A stretch of 51,736 nucleotides of DNA, from assembly GCA_036154175.1 (NCBI GenBank), contig JAYZLO010000047.1, positions 1 through 51,736 on the forward strand, read 5' to 3'. The DNA is from Thermoplasmatota archaeon. Its GTDB lineage: Archaea > Thermoplasmatota > Poseidoniia > Poseidoniales > Thalassarchaeaceae. The position numbers and the translations under genes are program-made. Below the pieces are notes generated by a model. The model had not been told where the DNA came from and ran no database searches. It saw only the letters and a program-made list of their open reading frames with translations. Positions 28,900-37,395 of the stretch are shown here, in pieces. Position 1 is the stretch's first letter. The number at the start of each line of letters is the position of its first letter.

Positions 28900-30171
28900 T
28901 CACAGAACTGATTCGTAAGGGGACCTGTCAATTCCTGGATCAATTGTTGCATCCATTCCAATTTTGCTTGTGGTTCCATCGGAGGACCTGCTAGGGTCCA
29001 AGCTCGATCCTTTCTGATCAGAAAGTATGATCGTATCCTTATCTGGCTGCCAGCGAGTCATTAGGGCCCACTCAACTCTTGCAGGGTCCGCAATATCTAT
29101 GTCTCGATCAACAACAATCACCTGTTTCATTGATTTGTGCCCGTCTAAGGCTGCATGGATGGCTCTAATGCCATCACCTTCTATCTTAGGGTTAATCTGC
29201 ACCACCGAGGAAAGCCAACCACTGCCACCTTCCGTGAGGTAAACATCCGAGCAATCAACTACCTTTGAGACTGCAGTTTTGATAGTGGGGGCTCTGGGCA
29301 TCCCCATGAGAGTCATGTGCTCAACTCCAGCAGGGATAAGGGCATGAAAAATAGGCTCAGTCCTATGGTGTATTGCATCATACTCAATTATCGGCTCAAG
29401 CCTGATATCATCTACCGTGCCAGTTATGTCCACATACGGCCCCTCTTCTCCTCTTCTCTCTGTTATTCTTGCCTCCATGGCATATTCTGCCTCCGCAGGA
29501 ACGAACACCCCATTGCTTAACTCTACAATTTTTAGGTCGGTTTCGTAAATCCTTTGGTGAAGTGCGGCGGCAACCTTCAACTCATCCAGTGGTTTATCAA
29601 ATGACATTGCTCCAGCAAGAAGTACTACTGGATCAGGTCCGTTAACCACAGCAATGTCTACATCATCGCCCGCCTCCCCTGCACTATCCACCATGGTTCT
29701 TAGGTGACGTGGAACTAACCTTACACAAGTCTCTCTATGATTTTTCGTTAATTGTCTATGAAAAGAGGTATTTCTCTGCCCGGCATACTGTGCAATAATT
29801 ATAGATGAAGACTGGTATCTCCCCCCATCTTCCGGATAATGCCATGGAATCGGTATCCTCTCAAGGTCTGCTACCTCCATTGTATTATCCAATACGGGAG
29901 CTTCACTAGGATCGACAATTTGCGGCTCAACAGGATTTTCCATGGCCCAAGAAAGAATATCAATCAATTCTCCGGGAGAAACGTCGAATGATTCACAGAG
30001 TCTTTTCCTTGTGAGTATGTTTATTGCCACTCTATGGCCTGAAACCTCTTTTATATTATTGAACATAATAGGGGCATTTCCGTTGGCTTCTGAAACCTCT
30101 CTGATTTGAGAATCCACACTAGTCGGATGGTCAATGATCATACTGCCTTCTACGAGTTCTCTGAACCCCAT
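28900..30171 (-). CDS. UbiD-family (prFMN-dependent) decarboxylase: candidate anhydromevalonate-phosphate decarboxylase or MqnL-type enzyme
   Basis: UbiD-like N-terminus (...IMFNNIKEVSGHRVAINILTRKRL...), an EGPYVDITGT block corresponding to UbiD EGPFGE.TGYY, and an ALIPAGVEHMTLMG block. At 423 aa it is shorter than bacterial UbiD. Confidence 0.8.
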   Translation of the reverse strand: MGFRELVEGSMIIDHPTSVDSQIREVSEANGNAPIMFNNIKEVSGHRVAINILTRKRLCESFDVSPGELIDILSWAMENPVEPQIVDPSEAPVLDNTMEVADLERIPIPWHYPEDGGRYQSSSIIIAQYAGQRNTSFHRQLTKNHRETCVRLVPRHLRTMVDSAGEAGDDVDIAVVNGPDPVVLLAGAMSFDKPLDELKVAAALHQRIYETDLKIVELSNGVFVPAEAEYAMEARITERRGEEGPYVDITGTVDDIRLEPIIEYDAIHHRTEPIFHALIPAGVEHMTLMGMPRAPTIKTAVSKVVDCSDVYLTEGGSGWLSSVVQINPKIEGDGIRAIHAALDGHKSMKQVIVVDRDIDIADPARVEWALMTRWQPDKDTIILSDQKGSSLDPSRSSDGTTSKIGMDATIDPGIDRSPYESVL

Positions 30172-30292
30172 ATTGACCCCTAAAAAACTAAGCCGCTTGA
30201 ATGTTGGCTCAAAATCATACTCTGGAACGTCACATTCATCCTTACACCCGTCAGTATCATAAATGGGGGGCAGGTCGCCAAGCCGTCATTTT

Positions 30293-30298
30293 GAGGTG
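30293..30298 (+). promoter_or_regulatory. Shine-Dalgarno-like element upstream of rps12
   Basis: gaggtg lies 5 nt upstream of TTG 30304 and supports the TTG start. Confidence 0.45.
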
Positions 30299-30303
30299 TA
30301 CAC

Positions 30304-30744
30304 TTGGGACGAGGCCTATTCTCCGGTTCGAAGATGAAGTCAGATCGCAAGAGATACCGTTGGAAAGAAAGACAGTTTCGTAATCGTCAAGCAAAGAGAA
30401 AGCAAGGTGGAGTACTGAAGCATGATCCACTGAGAGGTAGTCCCCAGGCAAAGGGTATAGTGATAGAAAAAGTAGGTTTTGAAGCTAAACAGCCAAATTC
30501 CGCAATTAGGAAGGCAGTCAAAATTAGCTTAATTAGAACTGGTAACAGACTCACCGCATTCGCACCTGGTGACGGAGCCATATCATTCATTGATGAGCAC
30601 GATGAAGTAATGGTAGAAGGAATAGGTGGGAGCAAGGGGCGTTCTTATGGCGATCTTCCTGGTGTTAGATACAAGGTTATCAAAGTCAATGGCGTCTCTC
30701 TTGATGAAATGGTCCGTGGCCGTAAGGAAAAGCCAGTTAGGTAA
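30304..30744 (+). CDS. rps12: Small-subunit ribosomal protein uS12
   Basis: [32 protein letters not shown] and [14 protein letters not shown] motifs. Confidence 0.95.
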   Translation: MGRGLFSGSKMKSDRKRYRWKERQFRNRQAKRKQGGVLKHDPLRGSPQAKGIVIEKVGFEAKQPNSAIRKAVKISLIRTGNRLTAFAPGDGAISFIDEHDEVMVEGIGGSKGRSYGDLPGVRYKVIKVNGVSLDEMVRGRKEKPVR

Positions 30745-30751
30745 GGGGTGA
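30744..30751 (+). promoter_or_regulatory. Shine-Dalgarno-like element upstream of rps7
   Basis: aggggtga lies 4 nt upstream of TTG 30756. Confidence 0.45.
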
Positions 30752-30755
30752 TTAG

Positions 30756-31388
30756 TTGGAAGAACACGATGAAATCAATGAAACTCCGATTGAGGAAGAA
30801 GAGGAAGAGGCACCCATTGCAGGAATCGGTACTATGGTTTTCGGGAAGTGGGATGCCAGTGAAGTAGTTTGTAGCGACCCAGGAATTTCCCGATACATCA
30901 ATCTGAAGATGATAGGTGCACCTCACACTGGCGGCCGACACGCTAATGCATGGTTCGGAAAACAAGAGCTTTCAGTCACTGAGAGATTCATCAATAATCT
31001 GATGAGATCAGGAAAGTACAGCGGCAAGAAGCAGTATTGTGCAAAATCCCTTGAAGACGCTTTCGATACAATGAACTCAAAGAGCGGAGTTAATCCCCTG
31101 CAGAAATTCATCGATGCTATAACTGAATCAGCTCCATGCGAGGAGACAACAAGGGTGAGGATAGGAGCAGTGAGCCAACCTAAGGCTGTCGACTCTTCCC
31201 CCAGTCGTCGGCTCGATCTTGCACTTAGGAACCTAGCAATAGGGGCAGCTTCAGCAACTATGAAGAGTAAGAAGACACTTACTGAAGGCATAATTTCAGA
31301 GATTTCAAAGGCTTCTGAGGGGGACGTCAACTCTTTTGCAGTTGGAAAAAGGCATGAAGTAGAAAGAATTGCTGCCTCAGCGAGGTGA
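30756..31388 (+). CDS. rps7: Small-subunit ribosomal protein uS7 (possibly with an acidic N-terminal extension)
   Basis: The conserved core starts at MVFGKWDASEVVCSDPGISRYINL (ATG 30834). TTG 30756, which has an SD element, would add EEHDEINETPIEEEEEEAP. Confidence 0.93.
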   Translation: MEEHDEINETPIEEEEEEAPIAGIGTMVFGKWDASEVVCSDPGISRYINLKMIGAPHTGGRHANAWFGKQELSVTERFINNLMRSGKYSGKKQYCAKSLEDAFDTMNSKSGVNPLQKFIDAITESAPCEETTRVRIGAVSQPKAVDSSPSRRLDLALRNLAIGAASATMKSKKTLTEGIISEISKASEGDVNSFAVGKRHEVERIAASAR

Positions 31389-31479
31389 TGGAAAAACCGT
31401 CTCTTCAACTCATATCAAGTAAACTACTCAATCGTCTTTATGAACCGTTTTCAGGTCGGCAACTTATCGGAGTGAGACT

Positions 31480-33687
31480 ATGGGTCGTAAGGAAGACAAT
31501 ATTAAGCGTGCCACAGAGGTAATGCATGAAAGGGAAAGAATTCGAAATCTAGCCATAGCAGCACACATTGACCACGGAAAAACTACCCTTTCAGACAACC
31601 TGATTGCTGGTGCAGGCATGATGTCGGAGGAGCTAGCAGGCAAGTCGCGAGTTCTGGACTTCGATGACCAGGAGAGCGCTCGTGGAATAACCATTAATGC
31701 AGCAAGTGCCTCTATGGTGCACAGTGTAGAGGGTGAAGATTACCTGATCAATCTGATCGATACCCCAGGCCATGTAGATTTTGGAGGGGACGTAACACGT
31801 GCCATGAGGGCAGTTGATGGCTGCATCATCCTAACGTGTGCAGTAGAGGGTGCAATGCCTCAAACCGAAACAGTTGTGAGACAGGCCTTGAAAGAAAAAG
31901 TACGGCCAGTTCTATTCATCAACAAAGTTGATCGCCTAATCAATGAACTTCAGGTAACTCCTGAAGATATGATGGAAAGGTTTCAGGGACAGATAAAGAA
32001 GGTAAACAAGCTAATCAGAGCTTTTGCTCCAGATGAGCATAAGTCCGACTGGCAGGTAGACGTCGCTAAGGGGACGGTAGCTTTTGGTTCAGCGTACCAT
32101 AATTGGGGGATTACAGTTCCGTTTATGCAGAAATCGGGGGTAAATTTTCCACAAATATTCGACTATTGCAATAATGAGGAGCAAAAAGAATTAGCGAAAA
32201 AGGCCCCAGTCCATGAAGTACTCCTAGATATGGCAGTTGAGAAGCTGCCATCGCCCCTTATTGCTCAAGAGTACAGAATTCCAAACATCTGGCAGGGTGA
32301 ATTAGACACAGATGTAGGCAAATCGATGGTTAACTGTGACGCAGACGGACCCCTATCGCTCATGATCACTAAAATTTGGATGGATCCTCATGCAGGAGAG
32401 GTAGCAGTAGGTAGGGTTTATTCTGGAACAATAAAACAGGGCGAAACAGTTTGGGCGATAGGTGCGGCAAAATCCGAGAGAGTGCAGCAAGTTAGTATGA
32501 TGGTCGGCGGAGATAGGATACAAGTACCGGGTGTTTCAGCAGGCAATATAGCAGCTCTTACAGGAGTCAGAAGTGCGGCCGCTGGAGTAACAATTTCCAA
32601 AGAGAAGGATGCTACTCCATTCGAGGCTATTAGGCATTATTCAGAACCAGTAGTTACAGTAGCTATTGAGCCCAAATCTATGAAGGATCTCCCTAAATTC
32701 ATCGATTCACTTAGGGGTCTTGCCAAGGCAGATGCATCACTATCCGTTTCAACAAATTCAGAAACAGGCGAGGCCCTTCTATCTGGGATGGGAGAGCTTC
32801 ATCTGGAGATTACGATTTATCGACTCGAGGAAGAACAGGGAATAAAGGTCAATCAGAGCAATCCAATTGTGGTTTATCGCGAATCAATTTCTGATGACAA
32901 CAAAGGTCGACCATTCGAAGGGAAATCTCCAAACAGACACAATAGGTTTTATGTCGAGGTAGAACAACTTCCTGCAGATGTAGTGAATGCTCTCAGAGAG
33001 GGTCATTTCGGGGATGGTCCCGTACGACCAAAAGATGCGAAGGAGACCGGAAATAAATTTGCTGAGTTTGGAATGGACAAGGATCTAATGAGAAAAATTT
33101 ACGCAATTAATGCAACCTCTGTTCTGGTGAATGATACAAAGGGGATCCAGAATCTGCACGAGACTAGGGAGCTAATTATCGAAGCATTCAATGATGTTTG
33201 TAAAAAAGGTCCGATTGCTGATGAACCTCTCACGGGGGTGATGATGAGACTAGTAGATGCTAAGCTACATGAAGATGCAATTCACAGAGGGCCAGCACAG
33301 ACTATTCCCGCAGTCAGGAATGCAATAAAGGGTGCACTTATCAGAGCTAAATCAGTCCTCTTCGAACCAATTCAGAAAATTAGAATCGATGCTCCCACCG
33401 AGTGGGCGGGCGGTATTACTAGACAATTGATTACAAGGAGAGGGGTCATTGAAGACATGCCTGTTGAAGGAGACGTAACCTGTGTAATTGGAAAAATGCC
33501 CGTTGCAGAGTCATTCGGCTTCTCTAACGATATCAGGGCTGCAACTCAAGGGAGGGCAGTTTGGAATACTGAGAATGCTGGCTATGAGCAGGTCCCCATC
33601 GATCTCTTCCATAAGACGGTGGGGGAAATAAGGGAGAGAAAGGGCTTGAAAGAAGAAATCCCTGGAGAGGCTCAGTATACGGATTGA
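31480..33687 (+). CDS. fusA: Elongation factor 2 (aEF-2)
   Basis: AHIDHGKTTLSD, DTPGHVDF and NKVDR G-motifs, and the diphthamide-loop context HEDAIHRGPAQ. The 735-aa length fits. Confidence 0.97.
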   Translation: MGRKEDNIKRATEVMHERERIRNLAIAAHIDHGKTTLSDNLIAGAGMMSEELAGKSRVLDFDDQESARGITINAASASMVHSVEGEDYLINLIDTPGHVDFGGDVTRAMRAVDGCIILTCAVEGAMPQTETVVRQALKEKVRPVLFINKVDRLINELQVTPEDMMERFQGQIKKVNKLIRAFAPDEHKSDWQVDVAKGTVAFGSAYHNWGITVPFMQKSGVNFPQIFDYCNNEEQKELAKKAPVHEVLLDMAVEKLPSPLIAQEYRIPNIWQGELDTDVGKSMVNCDADGPLSLMITKIWMDPHAGEVAVGRVYSGTIKQGETVWAIGAAKSERVQQVSMMVGGDRIQVPGVSAGNIAALTGVRSAAAGVTISKEKDATPFEAIRHYSEPVVTVAIEPKSMKDLPKFIDSLRGLAKADASLSVSTNSETGEALLSGMGELHLEITIYRLEEEQGIKVNQSNPIVVYRESISDDNKGRPFEGKSPNRHNRFYVEVEQLPADVVNALREGHFGDGPVRPKDAKETGNKFAEFGMDKDLMRKIYAINATSVLVNDTKGIQNLHETRELIIEAFNDVCKKGPIADEPLTGVMMRLVDAKLHEDAIHRGPAQTIPAVRNAIKGALIRAKSVLFEPIQKIRIDAPTEWAGGITRQLITRRGVIEDMPVEGDVTCVIGKMPVAESFGFSNDIRAATQGRAVWNTENAGYEQVPIDLFHKTVGEIRERKGLKEEIPGEAQYTD

Positions 33688-35376
33688 TTAGCTAATCCTA
33701 ATCAATTGGAAGTCAGTCAATTCTCTCAGAATATTTACCGCCTTACTTTCTTCTAACTTGTCCAGACAAGAATGAGCTATGGAATGATGATGAAGTGCCC
33801 TATCCCTAGCATAGTCCACAGATCCACTCTCTTCTAGCTCTCTTACGGCATTTGCCAGCTCTTCATCCGACCCCTTGCCCTCGCCAAATAATTTTTTGAA
33901 ATTATATAGCTCAGCTTCTGATTTTAAAGCATGAATGGCAATCAGCGTCATTTTGCCTTGTAGTATGTCTGATCCTGCCGGTTTACCGAGTGTCTCGGTA
34001 TCCCCAGTAATATCGATTAGATCATCCATCAACTGGAAGCATAGGCCCAGATTAAGCCCCCATTCAGCCATATTTTTGACTGTATCACTATCTGCCTTCG
34101 ATAGTATCGCTCCTGTTCTGGCACATGTCTCAAACATAGCACTAGTTTTACCAGCGATCATCCGGATGTACTCGTCTTCCGAAACTTCCTTTCTTGTTTC
34201 AAACTCAATGTCTTCCTGCTGTCCCGCTGCAACTTTTCGGACCATCTCGCCAATTGATGTGATCAATTGGCCCAAATATTCCTGTGGGATGTCTTCAGAT
34301 TCTGCGAGAATTTCGAATCCTACCGCAAGCATCGCATCACCTGCATTGATTGCCGTAGCATCATCAAAAGCGACATGTACTGCGTCCAGACCTCTTCTTA
34401 TTGGGTCCTGATCGATAATATCGTCGTGAATGAGAGTGAAGTTGTGAATAATTTCTATGGATGCCCCGAGGGTGTAGTGTCCATTATTCGCACCTCCAAC
34501 TGCCTCACCTACTAGCCTCGGTAGTATCGCCCTGAGCCTCTTACCTCCGCCCATGAAAAGATGCGTCATTGCTCGAAATAAGGTTTTTTGAGACATCTTG
34601 CTTATACTTTCCAAAATCTCGCTCTCAACTATGTCCCGGTGCTCGGTAAGGGCGTCAAGAAGGGTCTGACCAGGGATTACAGCATTCCCATTCATACTTA
34701 CTTCCCCACAGAAGATTATGTCCTCCCTTTTTTTACTTGCCATCAATTCTGGTACGGCCTCGTTTGGAATGGCGTAGTTTTCCCAAATTAGCTTAAACCA
34801 TGGCGCTATGATCTGGCCTGACCATTCACCTCTTCCTTCCATCATGCTCTGAATCTCTTCTCCATTGACCCATCTGACTTCTGAAATCTCATTACTATTG
34901 GGTTCAACCTCTACATCGGCGAAAACAACCATGATGTAATCAATCTCTCTCTCTATCCATTCATCGTCCCATCGACATGCATACTCCATCCTTCCAATAT
35001 GATGAAAGTCCCAACTATCCGTTACGCTCGTAGATATCCCCAATTCTTGTTCTAGCTTCCTTTTAGCAGCGTTTTCAACACCCACTTCTCCAAGATTTTC
35101 AGACTCAATGTCCAGAGGATGGCTACAACAACTGTTCGCCCATACTCCGGGGAATGTAATTTTTTCACTAGATCTTTTTTGAATTAGTAATCTAGATTCT
35201 CTGTCAAAAATAAGGACACTGAATGCTCTGTGACGAACCCCTTCTCCGCTATGGCAAGAAAATTTTGTAGCGGAACCGATAACTTTGTCACTTTCGTCTA
35301 CAACTAGACACATTTCCCCCATCATCTCAGACTGTATCGAGTCGTGATTGTTGAGATCATCTAGTCCATCCGCCAT
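33688..35376 (-). CDS. Fusion protein: type-1 isopentenyl-diphosphate isomerase (N-terminal) + geranylgeranyl/polyprenyl diphosphate synthase (C-terminal)
   Basis: The N-terminal half has HRAFSVLIFD, KITFPGVWANSCCSHPL, EREIDYIMVV and APWFKLIW (IDI1/Nudix fold). The C-terminal half has GGGKRLR, LIHDDIIDQD (FARM) and FQLMDDLIDITGD (SARM). It is one uninterrupted ORF. Confidence 0.88.
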   Translation of the reverse strand: MADGLDDLNNHDSIQSEMMGEMCLVVDESDKVIGSATKFSCHSGEGVRHRAFSVLIFDRESRLLIQKRSSEKITFPGVWANSCCSHPLDIESENLGEVGVENAAKRKLEQELGISTSVTDSWDFHHIGRMEYACRWDDEWIEREIDYIMVVFADVEVEPNSNEISEVRWVNGEEIQSMMEGRGEWSGQIIAPWFKLIWENYAIPNEAVPELMASKKREDIIFCGEVSMNGNAVIPGQTLLDALTEHRDIVESEILESISKMSQKTLFRAMTHLFMGGGKRLRAILPRLVGEAVGGANNGHYTLGASIEIIHNFTLIHDDIIDQDPIRRGLDAVHVAFDDATAINAGDAMLAVGFEILAESEDIPQEYLGQLITSIGEMVRKVAAGQQEDIEFETRKEVSEDEYIRMIAGKTSAMFETCARTGAILSKADSDTVKNMAEWGLNLGLCFQLMDDLIDITGDTETLGKPAGSDILQGKMTLIAIHALKSEAELYNFKKLFGEGKGSDEELANAVRELEESGSVDYARDRALHHHSIAHSCLDKLEESKAVNILRELTDFQLIRIS

Positions 35377-35409
35377 ATATGCATGGGAATGGAGTCCGTA
35401 TATGAAGAC

Positions 35410-36207
35410 TCAACCGTACACTATTCTAGTGCCTCTGGTTTCTCCATGCTCTATTAATTCAAGGATTCTTTCGGGTTTTCTTCCATCAATTATCCAAACA
35501 TTGTCAACGCATTCAGAAATCATGGTCGCTCTTTCTATCTTCAATGAGATGCCGCCTGTTACATCTATTTCTTCATCATGTTTTGCCTTTGCTTGAGACT
35601 TGCTACTCCACTGTTCGATAAGTTCAGAACCCTCCTCTCCCGGGGGTGCCGACATTACTCCCGCAGCATCTCCAATCAGGAAGATCGCATGAGTCACACT
35701 TGGGAGGTCCTTTGAGATTCTAAGCATCAGATCATCCCCGGATAGAATCCCAAACTGTTTCTCATTTCCAGTTTCCACTACATCTCCAAATGTTATGGGT
35801 ATCGGTTGGTCAACGCTCCTTTCAAACATCCCCAACTCGCCTTTGAATTCAATTCCAGTACCCTCTGCCCATTTAGAAGGAGGGAAGCTTTCGCTATACA
35901 AACCCTCCATCTCGAGCTTAGATGCAACCAGATTTGATAGCTCCCGCATATCAGATCTAATCATATTTACTGCCTTTCCTTGTTCTTCAGAAATTGAAGA
36001 CTCTAATCCCCCTGCAATATCCCATTTTTTCGCAATCAAATGTCCGAATGATCCAGCTCCATGGACTAAAACTATTGCAAATCCTAGATCCGCAACATTT
36101 GATATTGCCTTAGCCAGATTTTCCATCCTTCCCTCATCGAAAGTCTTCATTTTGCCTTTATCTGTGATCAATCCCCCGCCTAGCTTGATCACAATTCTTG
36201 GAGGCAT
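35410..36207 (-). CDS. ipk: Isopentenyl phosphate kinase
   Basis: Amino-acid-kinase fold with IVIKLGGGLITDK and VLVHGAGSFGH. The 265-aa size and isoprenoid neighbour fit IPK. Confidence 0.82.
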   Translation of the reverse strand: MPPRIVIKLGGGLITDKGKMKTFDEGRMENLAKAISNVADLGFAIVLVHGAGSFGHLIAKKWDIAGGLESSISEEQGKAVNMIRSDMRELSNLVASKLEMEGLYSESFPPSKWAEGTGIEFKGELGMFERSVDQPIPITFGDVVETGNEKQFGILSGDDLMLRISKDLPSVTHAIFLIGDAAGVMSAPPGEEGSELIEQWSSKSQAKAKHDEEIDVTGGISLKIERATMISECVDNVWIIDGRKPERILELIEHGETRGTRIVYG

Positions 36208-36292
36208 ATTGTGACAAGGTCCCTACTCTCATATTCTAATATTTTCAAAAAACGGTACACAGTTTTAATCAGTAGTACTGGTTGGTGGGTTT

Positions 36293-36613
36293 ATGGAAAG
36301 CACTTCCGAGATTGAGAGATTCCAAAGGTGGCTTCAGTCAGAATTGGCCGAAGCATCCTCTATTGGGGACAAATATGAGAGAGAACCACGACTCTTACAG
36401 ATTGATATCGCCATTTCAGAAACAATAAGATATAGGGGAATTTTGGAGAATTTAGAAAAATCAACCTCCTCACCATTTGTTTACAGGGCCAATCCCGTTA
36501 GAAAACCTAGTAATTCTGAAGTAAAACCAATTTCGAAAAGTGGAGAGTGTCATATTTGCGGAGCCATCAAGTCCAATGATCTCGAATTTTGTCCTGTTTG
36601 TGGCGAGTTCTAG
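36293..36613 (+). CDS. Small protein with a C-terminal zinc ribbon, unknown function
   Basis: 106-aa ORF ending CHICGAIKSNDLEFCPVCGEF. Its stop abuts the stop of the convergent kptA (0-nt gap). Confidence 0.45.
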   Translation: MESTSEIERFQRWLQSELAEASSIGDKYEREPRLLQIDIAISETIRYRGILENLEKSTSSPFVYRANPVRKPSNSEVKPISKSGECHICGAIKSNDLEFCPVCGEF

Positions 36614-37327
36614 TCACTCTTCCTCGAGCCAAGTTTCTCTGAGTAAGGAGAGCTCGGGATCATCTGGCCCGACTAATGAGAGATATTCTCCAGCTACACT
36701 GTCAGTCAAGTAAACAGTCACGCCAGCGTGCCAAATTGTCTCCCCAGAGGCCGCCATTCTGGCTGTGTCGACTTCGATTATTGAAGGATCCTTGTGATGA
36801 AATCTTCCAGCCTCAGCGGCAGCTCTAATGCTCGCAGATAGATGAACATGGGATCTATCTCCCGGACTGATTCCAACATCTAGTAAATTCCCAGACTCTT
36901 CTGGATCGCACGGATAGTAAAGTGAGTCGGGAATGTCGGTCGAAGGGAGATCCAATTCAATTTCTACAGTGTGGCCGTAAGTAGCCCTCATCATGTTGCC
37001 CCTTACCTCATATCTGCCTTTTGGATCAGTCTCAGAAATTGCAGAGAGATGATGGGGCCTAAGCCAATGTTGCCTTCTTCTTCCGTCCTTGAATTTTCTG
37101 ACAATATCTCTGACGTCTATCCATCCGTTGATATCCATTTCCAAATCGAATTTTTCAGGCGCATGCCTTAGTACCAATGCTAGTTTCCTAGCCATACTAT
37201 CTCTTTCTCTCGTGCTCATGACAAACTTGCCTTCAGAATTACACGCTGGACATAGGTCATCATCTGAAAAATATCCATGCATTGAGCATTCCCTAATCAT
37301 GATACTTCGCCGGGGTAGATTATTCAT
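36614..37327 (-). CDS. kptA: RNA 2'-phosphotransferase Tpt1/KptA with an N-terminal CxH..CxxC knuckle
   Basis: SMARKLALVLRHAPEKFDLEMDINGWIDVRDIV, DPKGRYEVRGNMMRATYGHTV and HVHLS motifs of the Tpt1 family. Candidate starts are at 37327, 37300 and 37282. Confidence 0.85.
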   Translation of the reverse strand: MNNLPRRSIMIRECSMHGYFSDDDLCPACNSEGKFVMSTRERDSMARKLALVLRHAPEKFDLEMDINGWIDVRDIVRKFKDGRRRQHWLRPHHLSAISETDPKGRYEVRGNMMRATYGHTVEIELDLPSTDIPDSLYYPCDPEESGNLLDVGISPGDRSHVHLSASIRAAAEAGRFHHKDPSIIEVDTARMAASGETIWHAGVTVYLTDSVAGEYLSLVGPDDPELSLLRETWLEEE

Positions 37328-37395
37328 GAACCCCTCGGTCGCTAATTGAATTATTTTCTGACAATCGTTATGTCCTGATAGCCCGACGAGTAAAT

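Noticed and set aside
30201-30451. 60-64-aa ORFs in the spacer upstream of rps12
   Set aside because: They are short with no motifs, and they overlap the rps12 start region and its SD-like element. The spacer is more plausibly the divergent promoter/leader region between the UbiD-like gene and rps12.
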